The notes below the pieces were generated by a model. The model was not told the origin of the DNA. It saw only the letters and a list, made by a program, of their open reading frames with translations, and searched no databases. 34,375 nucleotides of DNA from Octopus bimaculoides. Lineage: Eukaryota. The DNA is taken from positions 191,527,817-191,562,191 of the forward strand of contig NC_068982.1 in NCBI RefSeq assembly GCF_001194135.2. The letters are read 5' to 3'. Both the position numbers and the translations under genes were made by a program. Positions 31,795 through 34,375 of this stretch are shown here, one piece after another; position 1 is the first letter of the stretch, and every line of letters starts with the position of its first letter.

Positions 31795-33901
31795 GAGAGA
31801 GAGAGTCAGATTAGATGAAATGCAGTTTGGGTTTGTGCCAGGGAAAAGCACCACTGATGCTATATTTCTGGTAAAACAGTTGCAGGAGAAATACCTAGCC
31901 AAAGATAAATCTCTGTACCTGGCTTTCGTTGATATGGAGAAAGCCTTTGACAGGGTTCCTCGCTCCCTTATCCGGTGGTCAATGAGGAAACTAGAGATAG
32001 AAGAATGGTTAGTGAGAGCTGTACAAGCCATGTACAGGGATGCTGTCAGTAAGTCCTCCAGGCAATAACACCGGAATTTAAGACAGGATGCCCCTGGGAG
32101 CTCCTGTGTGCTGATGACCTTGCACTAATTGCTGAGTCACTATCGGAACTGGAGAAGTTTCAGGTGTGGAAGCAAGGACTAGAATTGAAGGGCCTTGGAG
32201 TCAACCTAGCTAAAACCAAAGTCCTAATGAGGTAGACAAACCACAAATCCCTTCCAGTAGATGGCCCTGCTCGATCTGTAGAAAAGGCGTAGGCAGAAAC
32301 TCTATAAGATGCACCAAGTGCAAGCTATGGACACATAAGAGGTGCAGCAATATCAAAGCAAGGCTAACTAGGAAGTTAGTTTTTGTATGTGGCAGATGTT
32401 CAGGTGCAATAAACACTGTAAATGTGCAGAAAACGACTTCTGCCACATTCCAGGGAGAAGAACTAGAAGTGGTTGATAGCTTCCGATATCTGGGTGACCA
32501 GGTTAGTAGTGGAGGTGGGTGCGCTGAAAGTGTAGCTGCTAGAATAAGAATAGCCTGGGCAAAGTTCAGAGAGCTCTTACCTCTGCTGGTGACAAAGGGA
32601 CTCTCACTCAGAGTAAAAGGCAGACTGTATGACGCATGCATACGAACAGCCATGCTACATGGCAGTGAAACATGGGCCGTGACTGCTGAGGACATGCGTA
32701 AGCTCGCAAGGAATGAAGCCAGTATGCTCCAATGGATGTGTAATGTCAGTGTGCATACTAGACAGAGTGTAAGTACCTTGAGAGAAAAGTTGAACCTAAG
32801 AAGCATCAGTTGTGGTGTGCAAGAGAGACGATTGCACTGGTAGGGTCATTNNNNNNNNNNNNNNNNNNNNNNNNNNNNNNNNNNNNNNNNNNNNNNNNNN
32901 NNNNNNNNNNNNNNNNNNNNNNNNNNNNNNNNNNNNNNNNNNNNNNNNNNNNNNNNNNNNNNNNNNNNNNNNNNNNNNNNNNNNNNNNNNNNNNNNNNNN
33001 NNNNNNNNNNNNNNNNNNNNNNNNNNNNNNNNNNNNNNNNNNNNNNNNNNNNNNNNNNNNNNNNNNNNNNNNNNNNNNNNNNNNNNNNNNNNNNNNNNNN
33101 NNNNNNNNNNNNNNNNNNNNNNNNNNNNNNNNNNNNNNNNNNNNNNNNNNNNNNNNNNNNNNNNNNNNNNNNNNNNNNNNNNNNNNNNNNNNNNNNNNNN
33201 NNNNNNNNNNNNNNNNNNNNNNNNNNNNNNNNNNNNNNNNNNNNNNNNNNNNNNNNNNNNNNNNNNNNNNNNNNNNNNNNNNNNNNNNNNNNNNNNNNNN
33301 NNNNNNNNNNNNNNNNNNNNNNNNNNNNNNNNNNNNNNNNNNNNNNNNNNNNNNNNNNNNNNNNNNNNNNNNNNNNNNNNNNNNNNNNNNNNNNNNNNNN
33401 NNNNNNNNNNNNNNNNNNNNNNNNNNNNNNNNNNNNNNNNNNNNNNNNNNNNNNNNNNNNNNNNNNNNNNNNNNNNNNNNNNNNNNNNNNNNNNNNNNNN
33501 NNNNNNNNNNNNNNNNNNNNNNNNNNNNNNNNNNNNNNNNNNNNNNNNNNNNNNNNNNNNNNNNNNNNNNNNNNNNNNNNNNNNNNNNNNNNNNNNNNNN
33601 NNNNNNNNNNNNNNNNNNNNNNNNNNNNNNNNNNNNNNNNNNNNNNNNNNNNNNNNNNNNNNNNNNNNNNGTGGCATGTAAAATACACCATTTTGAGCGT
33701 GGCCGTTGCCAGTACCGCGTGACTGGCCCTCATGCCGGTGGCACGTAAAAGCACCCACTACACTCTCAGTGTGGTTGGCATTAGGAAGGGCATCCAGCTG
33801 GAGCCTGGTGCAGCCTTCTGGTTTCACCAGTCCTCAGTCAAATCATCCAACCCATGCTAGCATGGAAAGCGGACGTTGAACGATGATGATGATGATGATG
33901 A
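31795..33901 (+). mobile_element. 5'-truncated RTE-like LINE (RT with internal PHD-type finger), gapped, with 3' UTR and (GAT)n tail
   Basis: QFGFVPGKSTTDAIF, AFVDMEKAFDRVP, LLCADDL, C4HC3 cluster at 32268-32399, VVDSFRYLGD, GSETW. 91-bp deletion relative to the 34092 copy. Joining the 3' UTR across the gap is inferred. Confidence 0.9.
32851..33670. other. Assembly gap
   Basis: N run. Confidence 1.
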
Positions 33902-33937
33902 GCTTATGTATTTGTATATTTATGAGTGTGTGTATGT

Positions 33938-34091
33938 AGGCACAGGAGTGGCTGTGTGCTTCACCAACCACATGTTTCTGGGTTCAGTCCCACTGCATGG
34001 CACCTTGGGCAAGTGTCTCCTACTATAGCCTCAGGCTAACCAAAGCCTTGTGAGTGGATTTGGTAGACGGAAACTGAAAGAAGCCCATCGT
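33938..34091 (+). mobile_element. SINE family B 5' half with CORE-like box
   Basis: GGGTTCAGTCCC B-box; CACCTTGGGCAAGTG resembles the MIR/CORE box; truncated at AAGCCCATCGT. Confidence 0.85.
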
Positions 34092-34375
34092 AGGGTCCCC
34101 CGATCCCTTATCTGATGGTCAATGAGGAAACTTGGGATAGAAGAATGGTTAGTGAGAGCTGTGCGAGCCATGTACAGAGATGCTGCCAGTAAGGTGAGGG
34201 TTGGAAATGAGTACAGCAATGAATTCCGGGTAGAGGTAGGGGTCCACCAAGGTTCCGTCCTCAGCCCCCTATTATTTACCATAGTCCTCCAGGCAATCAC
34301 AGAGGAGTTCAAGACAGGTTGCCCCTGGGAGCTCCTCTATGCTGATGACCTTGCCCTAATTGCGGAGTCACTATC
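34092..34375 (+). mobile_element. Second copy of the RTE-like LINE RT (runs off the window)
   Basis: RVPRSLI*WSMRKLGIEEW..GVHQGSVLSPLLF..LLYADDLALIAESL, closely similar to 31950-32145. Confidence 0.92.

Overview
AT-rich, microsatellite-dense eukaryotic draft-assembly DNA with 7 N-gaps, several bordered by (TA)n. The SINE/LINE repertoire fits an octopod cephalopod (inference from recognised repeat families, not verified). No complete host gene is visible, and most supplied ORFs are microsatellite or N-gap artefacts. The window holds: (1) decayed LINEs, namely an RTE/BovB-type EN-RT element, two copies of an RTE-like family with a PHD-type Cys4-His-Cys3 finger inside the RT domain, four restriction-like-endonuclease (R4/Dong-like) fragments embedded in (TAA)n or (CATA)n tracts, and short Rex3-like and CR1-like tails; (2) many tRNA-headed SINEs with shuffled modules; (3) three inverted-repeat (MITE/foldback) elements; (4) two candidate host exons and a consensus CTCF motif. 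The standout is at 30.5-30.76 kb on the minus strand: a short non-coding element joining a Pol III B-box head, duplicated as a fold-back, to a minimal Penelope-type hammerhead ribozyme and a downstream stem-loop. It may be a ribozyme-processed SINE/retrozyme. All calls come from reading by eye; no searches were run.
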